Assembly (NCBI GenBank): GCA_012295275.1
Contig: CM022677.1
Coordinates: 7,998,001-8,062,000, forward strand
DNA: 64,000 nucleotides
Origin: Chrysomallon squamiferum
Taxonomy: Eukaryota; Animalia; Mollusca
Direction: 5' to 3'
Shown here: piece after piece, positions 30,001-45,189 of the stretch
How the letters are laid out: every line of letters begins with the position of its first letter
Position numbering within the stretch: the first letter of the stretch is position 1
Translations under genes and position numbers: made by a program
Notes under the pieces: model-generated
Database searches by the model: none
Seen by the model: the letters and a program-made list of their open reading frames with translations, nothing else
Told to the model about the DNA's origin: nothing

Positions 30001-31284
30001 TTTCAAATGATTGTCTTCAATCCATAAAATAACTAGCAAAAGAAAAATATTTCTTAATGTAAGTATAACTGGTTATAAAGAAATTACAACAAATAATTCT
30101 AAACTTAATGTATAAATAAATTAAAAGCATTTTCTCCATCTTCTTTGAAATATATTATAAAAATATGAACTGCATGGTACAAATCCTTTTTTATATATTA
30201 CTGACTTATTTCAAATACCCAGTAATTATTAATTTTATTTTATTATATTTTATAATATCATAGTTCAGCTTAAAAAAAATATGTTGGATTTTAATTTTAA
30301 AAAATAGAACTCATGACAGAGCCTGTGCAGTGTTAAATCTGCATTTCCAGAAGCTTTCATCAGTCATTTCTCCATGTTGCAGCTCTGAAACTGGTTTTCA
30401 TTTCTGAATACTTATATTAATTAGTTATACCATGTCCATTTGAAGTAAATAAATACAGCTTGAAATGTTTGCACACCATTTAGTCCAAAACTAGATTACA
30501 CTATAAAAATATTTAGGATGTCGAACTGACATTTTAGGATACAGATTAGTCACTTGTCATTTTTTTCTTAACTACGTAATTACTGAAACTATTGTTCTGA
30601 AAAATTGAATGCAAAATAACAAAATACAAAATAACCAATTTCTTGAAATTTAGAGAATATTTCCAAATTAAAAACTGCTGTCCATCTTGTAATATTGAAA
30701 AAAAAAAAAAATAATAATAATAATAATAATGTTAATAATGAAAAGGGAAAAGATATAATAAAATAACATGCCAAACAATCTTTCTGATTTATAAAGATTT
30801 AAATATACTATATTTTAGGAATTCCTATGAACAAAAAATAAAAAGTATGATTATTAGCAAAGTACAACATTTAATTAATTGTAATTAATGGCAAAATTAA
30901 CTTACCTACAGTTATGAATGTTTTCATATTTTTAAACTTACTATTGTTCCAGTAATTTCTGCCATTTTTACAAAAATGCGCTTGTCTGATACCCCACCAT
31001 TATTAAAGTAATTCATTGCAGGCGCAGTAAAAATGGTCACCAGTGAAGTACTAACTTTCTTATTTTTTGTTTAGCTTCGGAAACAACATAAAAATAAATA
31101 TAATAATTAAATAAAGAAAGAAAGAAAGTAGAAATTAAAAAAACAAAATGTGAATTGCCGTGAATTGGTAAGATTTTACTAAAAACTCATCATATTTTGC
31201 ATTACAGTAAATAAATATAAGTAATATAACATTTAATGATCATTGAGCATATTCTCTTAATAATAAAAATGTCTATTAATTATA

Positions 31285-31519
31285 AAAGCCAAGCGTCAAC
31301 TCTATGCATAAAGATTAAATATTATTTTCTTTTTTAATGTTTATACAATAGCATTATAATAAACATTAAAGGTCTGATTTTACTGCGAAAAAACTGTGTA
31401 CATTCAGAAATGTAGACTGGGGTTCCGTGTTAGCGTTTTTTTTTTTTTTTTTTTATAAACAACAGTAGAATTATATGTGAAATCCAAAATGAATATTCTA
31501 GTATTTATGAAAGATACGC

Positions 31520-31574
<55 letters not shown>

Positions 31575-32130
31575 TAATAATAATGTTTTTCATTCGCATC
31601 GTTGAACCTGGATATTTAAACGACAAAGAAAACGCAGCGAATGTTAATAAGCTAATGTTATATTTACAGAACTCCTCTTATTATATGGTTCATCTTGCGC
31701 ATTCTCGTCTTTTCATTTTACTATTATACCAGTTAATGAAAAATTAAGCTTATTATTTATTCATTTATTTATTTATTTATTATGCGAAATGAAATGATCT
31801 ATTATTGCTAATTATTTACGACATAAAACACGTGAGATAGATAGCGATGACGGTACTGAAGATGCATCTGTCAAATTCTCCTTCTTAGCTTTCCAGTGAA
31901 ACACGTTGTGTTAATAAAATGTCACATTAGTATGGAAGCGTTCTCGTCATTTTGGATTTCATATCAGAAGAGTGCTCTTGCAGTAAAATCACACCTGTGA
32001 TGTTTATACAATGCTATTGTATAAACATAAAAAAAAAAAAAAAAAGTAACTAAATAAAAATAAATAACAATATTAATATAAAGAATATAATATTTTAATC
32101 TTTATGCGTAGAGTTGACACTTGGCTTTTA
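31285..32130. mobile_element. MITE-like element with ~100-150 bp terminal inverted repeats
   Basis: AAAGCCAAGCGTCAACTCTATGCATAAAGATTAA...GATTTTACTGC at 31285-31390 is inverted at 31976-32130. A related copy lies at ~18270-18870. Confidence 0.6.
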
Positions 32131-33751
32131 TTGTACTGGAAATAATTTAGAAACTGAGAAATATAGCGAATTAGACCACACACTGTGTTTTAATTACAGC
32201 TTTCTGGTAATTAATATTTAATAAGCATATTTTAATAAATGTGAGACTTGCTCGTCGTATACAACGGCGTGTGTATAAACAAATAAGATTTCGGTTTTAT
32301 ACGAATAAACTGAGGTTCAGACAAAAACAACATGTTATAGTATAAAGAATACTGCTATTTACACTGTTTATGTTTATTAAATAAATAAATAAATAATATA
32401 ATTTAATTTTAATAATGACCCACAATTTAAATAGTGGATATTGGATAATAATATTATACCAGACATAGCATTATATATGTAGATGATAAGGCGCCAGTTT
32501 AAACTGATATTTAAAAAGCTTCAAGTAAAATTTTATTGATAATAAAAGAAAAACAAAAATATTTACTTCATAGTTCATGCTTTAATAGGATGAAATAGAT
32601 GATATATTTCGTGTAGCTAACTGAAAATATCTTCATATCTAATAAAACACTAGTTGAGGAGGGCAGGCATGTTGTCTATGATGTAAGTTACAAAGTATAA
32701 TAAACTATATAAGATTTCTCCTAGTAGAATAAAATGTAACCGTAAGTAAAATTATCAGTATTTTTTATGTTGCAAATTAGAGTAAAATATAATAAAACAT
32801 CACGTTATTTTCACTCAGTATCAGTTTATGATATAAACGTCGCTGGTTTCATGTATAAAACGAGAATTACGTCGCGTTTGACAAAACAGAAATCTTCGCT
32901 TATCTCTGTGAATTTTAATTTTAATGTCGTTTGCTTTGCAAAATCAAATTTTGTGATACAAGTAAAGTGTAACTTGTCACGTGTTCAGTATTAGTGTTGA
33001 TTTTTTTTTTGGGGGGGGGGTAGGTTTGTTGAGATGAAATTGTAACTCAGTTTAACCGAAAAATATTATCACAGTAGAGTGTATATCTAGTCATTAAGTT
33101 ATTTATTTCTGAATTTACAAGTCGAGCGCTGTAAAATGCCACTATAAAATGAAAGGTCAGATAATTATTAATGTGGTATTTGATTAACAACAGAACAGAT
33201 TACACTAAAAAGTTCTGCATGATGCTGAAAACTTAGCTTTTACTTTATAAGAATCCATTCAGTTTTGTTGATAAGTTGATAATAAATGATGACAAGGTAT
33301 AATATTTATGTTGTGAACATGAGCGCAGTTTTCACAGGTAATTTGAAATTCAATAACGACGTTTACTTTATTAACATTATACAGATTATTCTTGAAAAGC
33401 TGATAATATTCCTTTAACTATATCCAAGATTATACTGACAATTACATACGTATTATCAATATTTATTATGAAGCAAAACAGAGGTAAACTTAATAAAATA
33501 TCAATGTAAACAGTGCTACTTTTAATAAGATAGGACGTAATTTATTCGTATAAGCTATACAGCTGGTAGTAAATAAACACGTAAATTCCTCCAATGACGA
33601 GAACACCAATGACGTTAGGAACGACTCTGGTAGACGGCAACGACGTTAATAGAAATTCGGATAATACTAAAATTTAACGATATTTAAAAAAACATTTATT
33701 TGAAAGCCCTTCTGTTTTTCTCAAAAAAAAAAAAAAAAAAAAAAATAAATA

Positions 33752-33796
<45 letters not shown>

Positions 33797-34149
33797 TATA
33801 TATATATGGTTTTTATAAAAAATTGTTTTAGAAACACAGGAAAAGGTGTGATTGCTAGATATCAGTGTGGTTTTCTGTTACTTATTACTGTGATAATTAC
33901 AAGTCCGTATAATATCTAGAACTTCAGAGGGGCTGTGAGATTAATATTCTCTTATTTAGAGATTTTAAAAGAAAAGGTGATATTACAGGAAATGGTGATG
34001 TTAATATGTTATTATGTATCAAATGTGATTATACTGTAAAATTAATCCTCTAATTATTAATGTATTCCGCATAATCGCGTACAAATAAAGAACATAAAGA
34101 ATGGGGTGTATTATCATTCGTATAAACTTTACCATGTATTATATAAAAA

Positions 34150-34253
<104 letters not shown>

Positions 34254-34329
34254 TGTGCAGTTATTCATTACCATCGGTGTACTTTTTTTAGTGTTCAAAG
34301 GCATTATAACTATTTCTATTAATATCACC

Positions 34330-35770
34330 ATCATTGCCATCATAACGGCATCGTTCCTAGCTTTCTTGGAGTATTTATCATTTTTCTTTAGCGCTTTGTA
34401 TTAATTATTCCTCATACTTTCTGAGTCGGCGCATCACCTATTAAAATATATTACTGTAATTTCTATTAATGTCGCCGTCGTTGATGTCGTAACGGCTTGT
34501 TACTAACGTTATTGCATAACTCCTCATTATTCCTTTTCGTTTTTTTATTCACTGTCATTCTGTATTAATACGATTGTATTACGATTGTTATAATAGGGTT
34601 AGTCCTTGTGTTGGCATTAGAATTAAGTTTAACGACTTCGTTAGGGTTATGTTTTGAGTTAGGGTACAGTCTCGCTTAGGGTTAAGGTTTGGGCTAGTGT
34701 TAGGGTTAGGGTCGTTTCAGTATTATTATGAGTTTAATGTGCTAAACAGTTTTGGGATGAGTGTCAGAAAGTGTGTTAGCATAAGAATTAAGTTTAGTCC
34801 CTTCGTTAGGATTAGGTTTATTTAAATTTATTATCATGTGCAAAATAGTGTTTCGATCATATTAGAATCAGAGTTAACGTTTTGCACTTGGGTAAGAGTA
34901 AAGTTCAGGTAGGGTTAGGGTTAGGGTTATTTAAATTTTATTATGCTTATCAACAAAACAATTTTATGATCAGGGTTGGGACTACTGTTAGCATTAGAAT
35001 TAAATTTACTGACTTCATTGGGTTTAGGTTTAGAGTTAGCTGTTAGTGTTAAGGTTAGGGTTAGGGTTAGAGTTATTTATATTTTATTATCAGTGCTACT
35101 GTGCAAAATAGTCTTCGCATAAAAATGAAGCATAGGCACTTCTTTAGCGTCCGAGTTAGAGTTAGGGCTAGAATCTGAGTTAGGCTTAGGCATAGGGTTA
35201 TTTTTAAAGTTTATTTTCTTTCTTACGATAATCTGCAAAACAGTTTTATGATCAGCATTAGTACTAGTGTTAGCATTAGAATTAAGTTAAAAGACTTCGT
35301 TAGGGTTAGGTTTACTTATAGGTTTAGGGTTAGGGTTAGGTTGAGGTTTATTTAAAGTTTATTATGTTTCTTATGATAATAGTGCCGTTACTAATTATAT
35401 ATTAATTATATGTGCACACTAATAAGGTAATAATGATACTTAATAAAAAGAGTAAAAGAATATTGAGAAGTACATTAGGAACAAACCCTTTACGACGGCA
35501 CTATTAATAGAGATAATAATAATATATTTTATTACAGATGCTCACGGTCAGGAAATGAGAATAACAGCGAATGAAAAGTAAAAGGAATAACGAGGAGAAC
35601 ACCAATAACGTTAGGACGGCAACGACGGCGACATTAATAGAAATTCCAATAATATATTTTAATATGTGATGCGCTCGCTGAGAAAATATGAGGAATAATT
35701 AATTAAAAGCACTAAAGAATGATAAGGAATACCCCAATAAAGCTAGGAACAAAGCTGTTACGATCTCAGC
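34330..35770. repeat. Degenerate TTAGGG-rich tract (34590-35345) flanked by ~230-bp inverted repeats
   Basis: Multiple (TTAGGG)2-3 runs. The arm at 34330-34560 is an imperfect reverse complement of 35580-35770. The same arm family occurs at ~33590-33680 and 63470-64000. Confidence 0.7.
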
Positions 35771-36419
35771 GAAGGCGAAATGAACAGGAATATTACTAAC
35801 ATATTCTAATATAGGATGGGCACAGTCAGAAAATAAGAATAACAGGGAATGAAATACAAAAGAATAATGAGAATTCCAGGCAGCATGACCAATGCTAATG
35901 AAAGCTCCCAGTAAGAAGCAGTCATCTTACTCTATCTTGCGAGCAGTTACTCCCCACTCATTACTTTAAAACATTACGTATTATGACCTTTCTACTATAT
36001 GAATGATGGTATTATTTATCTATTCTAAACACTTCCCAACTTAATATTTTGCCATCCTCGGCAACATAAAAACATTTAATAATAATTTTAATTGATGTAA
36101 TAAAATCTGTGATATATATATATCTCTCTCACAACCCCACGACAAGAACATGCTGTAAATTTAGACTAACTTTGTGTTTGACACTGTTAGTGTTTTCTAT
36201 ACAGAGTTGTGACAGATATATAATACGTGATGTCTACATAATACTGGATACTGTAACTACATGTGACAAGTACTGTGTCAAATAAAGAAAAAGAAATAAT
36301 ATATCATTTAAAACTAATCCTACCTACATTTCTTTTAAATTATTATTATTATTACTATTATTGTAATTGTTTGTTTTCACAAATGTTGTCATACATAAAA
36401 AACGGTTACACTACTTATA

Positions 36420-38040
36420 ATGACAGGTAGTATACATACCACAGCCTTTAATATACCAGACACTAGATGGAACAGACTGACTCACTGACAGGGTAGCACA
36501 TATCACAGGTTTTAACATAGCAGACACAGTGCCTCAGTTGGAAGAATCCGACTCACTCACAGGGCAGTACATACCACATTGTCTAATATACTAGACAGAG
36601 TCACTGGATGGAACAAATGGACTCACTGACATGACAGTACGTACCACAGTCTCTAATATACTCTACACAAGGTGCAATGAATGGAAAAAATGGACTCACT
36701 GACATGACAGTACGTACCACAGTCTCTAATATACTCTACACAAGGTGCAATGAATGGAAAAAATGGACTCACTGACATGACAGCACGTATCACAGTCTCT
36801 AATATACTCTACACAAGGTGCAATGAATGGAAAAAATGGACTCACTGACATGACAGTACGTATCACAGTCTCTAATATACTCTACACAAGGTGCAATGAA
36901 TGGAAAAAATGGACTCACTGACATGACAGTACGTATCACAGTCTCTAATATACTCTACACAAGGTGCAATGAATGGAAAAAATGGACTCACTGACATGAC
37001 AGTACGTACCACAGTCTCTAATATACTCTAGACATGGTGCAATGGATGGAAAAAATTGATTCACTGACAGGGTAACACATACCAGACAGACTATAAAACA
37101 CTGTGCAGAATGCACTTGGTGGATAAAACTGACTCACACAGAGGCAGTATGTACCACAACCTCTGATGTACTGGACACAGTGGACTAGATGGACTCACTG
37201 ACATACACAACAGCAGTCTTATATAAAACAGCTCTCTTACATAAAACAGCACTCTTATATAAAACAGCTCTCTTATATAAAACAGCAGTCATATAAAACA
37301 GCTCTCTTACATAAAACAGCTCTCTTATATAAAACAGCTCATTTATATAAAACAGCAGTCTTATATAAAACAACACTCGTACATAAAACAGCACTCTTAT
37401 ATAAAACAGCTCTCTTATATAAAACAGCAGTCTTATATAAAACAGCAGTCTTATATAAAACAGCTCTCTTATATAAAACAGCACTCTTATATAAAACAGC
37501 TCTCTTATATAAAACAGCTCTCTTACATAAAACAGCACTCTTATATAAAACAGCTCTCTTATATAAAACAGCTCTCTTATATAAAACAGCTCTCTTATAT
37601 AAAACAGCAGTCTTATATAAAACAGCTCTCTTATATAAAACAGCACTCTTATATAAAACAGCTCTCTTATATAAAACAGCACTCTTATATAAAACAGCAG
37701 TCTTATATAAAACAGCTCTCTTATATAAAACAGCAGTCTTATATAAAACAGCTCTCTTATATAAAACAGCAGTCTTATATAAAACAGCTCTCTTATATAA
37801 AACAGCAGTCTTATATAAAACAGCTCTCTTACATAAAACAGCAGTCTTATATAAAACAACACTCTTATATAAAACAGCAGTCATATATATAAATGAACTG
37901 GCTGGAACAGTTGGGCTCACTGAGATGGTAGTGCGTACCACAACCTGTAATATACCAGATAGAGGGCACTGGATAGAATAAACATACTCACTGACAGGGT
38001 AGCACATACCATAGTCTCTACTAGAAATCACACACTGGAT
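36420..38040. repeat. Reverse-oriented relative of the 20.8-kb satellite (79-bp homogenised units at ~36620-37050), interrupted by an 18/21-bp minisatellite TCTTATATAAAACAGC(TC/AG/AC) at 37205-37885
   Basis: GACTCACTGACA is the reverse complement of TGTCAGTGAGTC. The long ORFs at 37185-38031 are repeat artefacts. Confidence 0.85.
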
Positions 38041-39062
38041 GAACAGATCTATCTATATATATATATATATACACACATCAATAATTTCCATTTTATAGAA
38101 TTCTGAAATATATTCAAATATTTAATAGAAAATTTTAGAAAAAGGCATTAAATATCATAATTCAGTTTAATGTTATTTTATTTAGAAGATTAATTATTTT
38201 TGTTACTTTATTCTTGACAGCTAGTGAGTATCTCTGAGTAAAATTTCATAAATATTTTAAAATATTTAAATATATTTTCAATGAATATTTTAACGATAAC
38301 CAACTGCTTAAGGAAAAAAAATAATTAAATATTTATGAATTTATGAAAAGGCATTAAGATCATGATTCATTTATTAGTATTGTTATTTATTTCTGGTGTG
38401 GATGTTGAAAAAGTGAGAGTATGCTTTCACAAATATTTCTATATTTAAATATATTTTTTTCAGGGATATATTACATAGTATTTGAGCTGTACAGGGAGAG
38501 AAAACAAATATAAAACACGACTTACAACTTACCTTGTAACTAATATATATATATATATATATATAAAGAAATAAGGTTAAGAAATTATAAAATACATTTT
38601 ACTCTTTTTGTTAAGCTTTATTTTACATCATGGTTTTAAATTTATATGCATAACAAAAATCGTTTAAATAAATAAAATGAAACAAATAATAAAGAAAAAT
38701 AAAGTAAAATAAAAAATAAAATAAAATAAAGTAAAGACAAATAACGAATCAGAAGACAGTTTGAAAAAGATGAAAAACAATTCTCCCAGACAAATAAAAT
38801 CAGAGTTCAATGCATCATGAGTAAAATAAACAACAACAACAACAACATTAATACAAATAATATGAATAAATAAATAAATACATAAATATGGAAACAAAAA
38901 CTTAATTATAAACAAAACCATTCTTCTATTCCTTTATTTTAATATCGTAACAGAACACAAATTTCGGAATATAAACAGTTCGGAATATAAACATTGTCGA
39001 AATATTACATCCATACATCCATACATACATATACATATCCACATCCATTCATACACACATAC

Positions 39063-39102
<40 letters not shown>

Positions 39103-39312
39103 GACACGTACATGCAAAGATAAATACTTATGCATACATACGTCTATTGAATAACATGGTTTGTCAAACTTTTTTTTTTTTTTTCCCCCCACAAACCTTA
39201 ACTTTTTTAATCGCAAGATTTTGTGTTTCAATAAAATAAATTATATTAATCGTAATACCAAATCCCTTTTCGGTGAAATTCGGCACTTTTCGGATTTGTT
39301 CTTTTGCAATGA

Positions 39313-39366
<54 letters not shown>

Positions 39367-39518
39367 CGGTAATTTATTTCTTACATTATGATTATAATAA
39401 AATAATAATAATAAATAAATAAAATAAAAATAAAAATATTAATAGCAGCTGAATCATTGTCAAACTTTCAAAAATATTTTAAGTAAATTAAAAGAAAAGT
39501 AAGAAAAAGAATCTATAC

Positions 39519-39592
<74 letters not shown>

Positions 39593-40452
39593 ATAGATCA
39601 TGTTAAAATACGTTTGAATCAAAATCATAACATTAATCATATTTTAAATGATTTTAATTAATCATAGTTTAAATGCACTGAACTTGGTTTTCGCATACGC
39701 TTATGCAATTATGAGACAACCCCTCGGTGTTTTTTTTAACTCCAGGACAAGTCGTTTTGACGCGCGTGCGTTTACGTCACAGTGTAGATCATTGTTGTTT
39801 GCAAAAGGAAGTAACAGTCACCAGAGCAATCTTGATTAAGGTAATTAATTACTTTTTTTGTTAAGTATTTATTCAATATGGCCGCTAATTGCACCCAAAC
39901 AGTGCAATCTGTATAGAATCTAAGTATTTCAGGCAATATACACTTTGCCTGACTTTTCAAGCTAATTTGTCAACACTTGAAATGTAAATCTATCGTAGAT
40001 TGACAGCAACTGTTGTAAAAATAAACAAATATGCAAACAAACAATGATAAACAAAATTACATTTAAGATTTAAGAAATTAATTTTAAAGTCATTCGGACT
40101 TAATCTGTTGGCTTTAATACTAAATTACATACACATCAAGTAATTTCTTTATAATTGTTTTTGATATCAATGCATTACCAAAAGTTATCTTATGATGATG
40201 AAAAATTAAGATATTATCTTAATTCAGTATGTGAATGTTATTGCAAAAGGATAAAAATAGAGTAATTAGGTTTCTCCATAATTACTGTATGGACAGGCAG
40301 GAATATCACTGGTTAACAGCTAAGTGAAATACAAACAAACTGATGACATCATTAACAGTTATCATTTTCTGATTAAGAACTGGATACCACAGGCACAACT
40401 GGCAAATTTATAAGAAATTCTGTTTTTGTTTTTTTTATGTTCTCCTGTGGAG

Positions 40453-42521
40453 AAACAGAACAGATGACAGAACAGTGGCACAACAGTAACAAAACAGTGA
40501 CAGGACAGTGACAGAACAGTGACAGAACAGTGACAGAACAGTGACAGAACAGTGACAGAACAGTGACAGAACAGTGACAGAACAGTGACAGGACAGTGAC
40601 AGAACAGTGACAGAACAGTGACACAACAGTGACAGAACAGTGACAGAACAGTGACACAACAGTGACAGGACAGTGACAGAACAGTGACACAACAGTGACA
40701 GGACAGTGACAGAACAGTGACACAACAGTGACAGGACAGTTACAGAACAGTGACACAACAGTGACAGGACAGTTACAGAACAGTTACAGAACAGTGACAG
40801 AACAGTGACAGAACAGTGACACAACAGTGACAGAACAGTGACAGAACAGATGACAGAAGACAACAGTGACAACAGTGACAGGACAGTGACAGAACAGATG
40901 ACAGAACAGTGACAGAACAGTGACAGAACAGTGACAGAACAGTGACAGAACAGACAGAAGACAGAGACAGACAGAACAGAACAGTGACAACAGAACAGAC
41001 AGAAAGAACAGAAGACAGAACAGTGACAGAAGACAGACAACAGAAGACAGAACAGAACAGACAGAACAGTGACAGAACAGAAGACAGAACAGAACAGACA
41101 GAACAGACAGAACAGACAGAACAGACAGAACAGAAGACAGAGAACAGAACAGAACAGAACAGAACACAGAACAGAACAGAACAGAAGACAGAACAGACAG
41201 AACAGAAGACAGAACACAGAACAGAACAGAAGACAGAACAGACAGAACAGAACAGACAGAACAACAGAACAGAACAGAAGACAGAACAGAACAGAACAGA
41301 AGACAGAACAGTGACAGAACAGAAGACAGAACAGAACAGAACAGAAGACAGAACACTAACAGAACAGAAGACAGAACAGTAACAGAACAGAAGACAGAAC
41401 AGTGACAGAACAGAAGACAGAACAGTGACAGAACAGAAGACAGAACAGTGACAGAACAGAAGACAGAACACAGACAGAACAGAACAGAGACAGAACAGTG
41501 ACAGAACAGAAGACAGAACAGAACAGAACAGAAGACAGAACAGTGACAGAACAGAAGACAGAACACGAACAGAACAGAAGACAGAACACTAACAGAACAG
41601 AAGACAGAACAGAACTGACAGAACAGAAGACAGAACAGTGACAGAACAGAAGACAGAGACAGAACAGAACAGAACAGAAGACAGAACAGAACAGAACAGA
41701 CAGAACAGAAGACAGAACAGAACAGAAGACAGAACAGAAGACAGAACAGTGACAGAACAGAAGACAGAACAGTGACAGAACAGAAGACAGAACAGAACAG
41801 AACAGAAGACAGAACAGTGACAGAACAGAAGACAGAGTGACAGAACAGAAGACAGAACAGAACACAGAACAGAAGACAGAACAGACAGAACAGAGACAGA
41901 CAGAACAGTGACAGAACAGAAGACAGAACAGTGACAGAACAGAACAGTGACAGAACAGACAGAACAGAACAGAACAGAACAGAAGACAGAACACTAACAG
42001 AACAGAACAGTGACAGAACAGAAGACAGAACAGAAGACAGAACAGAAGACAGAACAGACAGAACAGACAGAACAGACAGAGAACAACAGACAGAACAGAA
42101 CAGAACAGAAGACAGAACAGAAGAACAGAACAGAAGACAGAACAGTGACAGAACAGTGACAGAACAGAAGACAGAACAGTGACAGAACAGAAGACAGAAC
42201 AGTGACAGAACAGACAGAACAGACAGAACAGTGACAGAACAGAAGACAGAACACTAACAGAACAGAAGACAGAACAGTGACAGAACAGAAGACAGAACAC
42301 TAACAGAACAGAAGACAGAACAGTGACAGAACAGTGACAGAACAGAAGACAGAACAGTGACAGAACAGAAGACAGAACAGAACAGAACAGAAGACAGAAC
42401 AGAAGACAGAACAGAACAGAACAGACAGAACACTAACAGAACAGAAGACAGAACAGTGACAGAACAGAAGACAGAACACTAACAGAACAGAAGACAGAAC
42501 AGTGATAGAACAGTGACAGAA

Positions 42522-42522
<1 letters not shown>
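40453..42522. repeat. Low-complexity tandem repeat (GACAGAACAGT / GACAGAACAGAA / ACAGA)n
   Basis: About 2 kb of 5-12 bp units. The overlapping ORFs are artefacts. Confidence 0.95.
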
Positions 42523-42559
<37 letters not shown>

Positions 42560-43639
42560 TTTCAGTTATATTTTGAATTGGGCTAAGCCGGTGAAGTTTA
42601 TTTTTACCAAGCAAAGATTTCTTCAAGGTGAAAGTTGCTACTTAGACACATCTAGTGTGTTTTTCTGTAAGTTTGTTTTTAATATTACTGTATGTGCAAA
42701 ATGCTTGCATGGTGACTGTTGTATTTTTGTGTTTTTTAATGACAGGTGTTGAATATTCTAACATGGTTCATACTACTTTTCAGCTTTTGCAATAACATTC
42801 TGAAATATCATCTACTTTTTTGTCTATATGCACAGCTGAGAAAAAGCATGTGCAAATATAAATCAGTTTCTTTTAAGAACTATTTCATTATTACACATAA
42901 ATGCATCATTTGTATGTAATTAGAGATAATTACTTGAAAACAGTTCATATTTTGTTAAAGATGATTATAAAAAACTCAACATGATCAAACCTATAGCACA
43001 CTGATAATCCTTAAAGTTATTGTTATTATTATCATTCTTTTTCTGATAGCACAAGATTTCATGCAAATTAGATAAACCATAATACATCTCACAAATTTGT
43101 GAATTTGAAAGAATTGTAGAAACAGTGAATTAATGAGAAATATGTGGCATCAATTTACTGTGGACTGACAGTGTTTGTATAAGACTAAAGTCATGTACAG
43201 ACTGCTGTGCTGTAGTACTGAAAATGATTGTTACAGTTTATTATGTTCAATGAAAATTCTTCATTTTACTCAATTTTTTGAAAGATAAACTAAAGTTTGT
43301 ATTCTCTCTTTTCAGAATTGTACACGTCAAGAATGCCTATGTCACTCTTTGTCACTCTGGCAGTATTTATTTCAGTGGATTTAATCTTCTTTGTCTTAGA
43401 CTTTTCTATACTTTCACACCAGTACTTTTTATTCCTCCAAATCAAGAAATCCTTCAAACATCTTTTTTTTGCAGTGTCATTAATGATCCTCCCTCTTTTC
43501 ACCTTCATATTCTTGCACATCTTTTTCGATTCCACCATTACACGTTTTCTGCCACCTTTCTGTTTACTTTTCAGTTCATCTTACCTCTACTCCACTGTTC
43601 CCTCTGCTTTGGTTCATTGAGCCATATCTTCTCCTGGTG

Positions 43640-43810
43640 GTTTGTGGATAGTCTCACGCAGGCCTTCATTAAAACCCAGTCTCCTCTTTCATTTGTGTTA
43701 CTTGTCTTTGAACATCTCGTATGGATAGATATCTTTAGGTGCAAGGAATGCAGTCTGATGGGTTCCATAGAAGAAAATTGGGTGTTTCCCGTTTGGAGTT
43801 TTTACTTGCC
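43640..43810 (-). pseudogene. HDGF: HDGF/LEDGF-family PWWP domain fragment, intronless, with stops
   Basis: Reads [49 protein letters not shown], versus family [21 protein letters not shown]...K.KYGKPNKRKGFNEGLWE. Confidence 0.85.
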
Positions 43811-44638
43811 AGCCAGTGTGAACTGATTGTTTCGAGTAAAAGGAAAGTATTACATGGCAGTGAAAGCAAATCGAAACTCAGTTTGCTAGAGAAGATGACA
43901 CCAATCAACACAGCACAGATAAACATTGTGATGAAAAGGTGAAGGAAAAGTCAAAAACAGATACTAAAGTAAAAGAGGATGAACGCAAAAAGTAAAAATA
44001 AACTAACAAGTTGGGAGCAGATTTAGTCACTCTTTGTCACTCTGATTTTATGAGTTTCTGTAGTTGAAGGAAATACATTTGTAAAGTGGGATTTATGTTT
44101 TGAAATTTCAAAAATCATGTCTCAAATTCACCCTAGCATGCAGAGTTCACGTGAGTTCATATTATTGTCGTTGTTTTTTTACATTGTTTTGCATGTTATT
44201 ATTATGTTATAATTCATTCATATAAGAATAATAAATCAGTTAGAGAATATGCATGACGTCACCGCCACAGAATCCCGAAGTATCGCTTCGAGACTATATT
44301 GAAAGCGCTCGATCCGGGGACACCTTAAGAATTGCTGTAATTAAGAACGTAATTAAAATTTGAACGCAATATATATATATATATTTATTTTTTGTATGGA
44401 TACTTGGTTTACGTCATATCATTTTACTGTGCGTTAGTGTTGTCTTCACTTCGCTGTGGATTACCTCTGGACCGGTGAATTTAGCGGACGAATAAGGTAG
44501 GTTGAGTTTTGTTTACAAAATGACAGGAGGCTCAAAAACGCGCGCTTCGTTCTGCACGTTCAAGCTGGCAAATATAGCGTTTGTAATATTTGAACGGGCC
44601 CTTAGTTTTAGTTTTATTTTTCATTTTAGGGTTTAAAG

Positions 44639-44825
44639 CAGGGGTGCGCAAACTGAGGCCGTGGGAAGGATGTCGCCTCGTCACATTTACGTTATAGAGA
44701 TTCATTGTTAGAAAATTAGGCAAGATCATATGTTATGCTTTCAGATTTTACGTAATCACAAATGAAATTTGCCAGTGAAGTTAAATCGGAGCGGCCTGTA
44801 AGATCTGAAAGTTTGCGCAGCCCTG
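44639..44825. mobile_element. hAT (Charlie-like) MITE, 187 bp
   Basis: TIRs CAGGGGTGCGCAAACT ... AGTTTGCGCAGCCCTG. 8-bp target site duplication GTTTAAAG / GTTTAGAG. Confidence 0.85.
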
Positions 44826-45189
44826 GTTTAGAGCGATGACTAGAGGGACACATGTAGTCTGTGTACTGAATTAGAGGAAAGCGAGAACGGTTAGAAAATA
44901 TACTGAATCACTGTCTTCATTTGCTTATTTTCTTAGACATATTCTTGTACAGAATGTAAACTTTACAATCTTATAGTTAATATTTCAAAATGTCTTCTAT
45001 CTCAGCAACAACTATTTTAATAAACACATTTTTATAAAAAACCTCCGAAATTTAAGAAAAAATAGTAGTTTCTTTGAGAAATATAAAATTTAATTTGAAA
45101 AGTTGTATGAATGTAAACTCTGTTAGTGTTGTATAGTTAATTATAGTGTTATGTTTAAGTGTACGTCACGCGCCCTTTCTTTTGTTTCT

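Noticed and set aside
37185-42524. Long ORFs (225-314 aa) such as LFYIRE.. and FCSVTVLS..
   Set aside because: Translations of simple tandem repeats with no coding signal.
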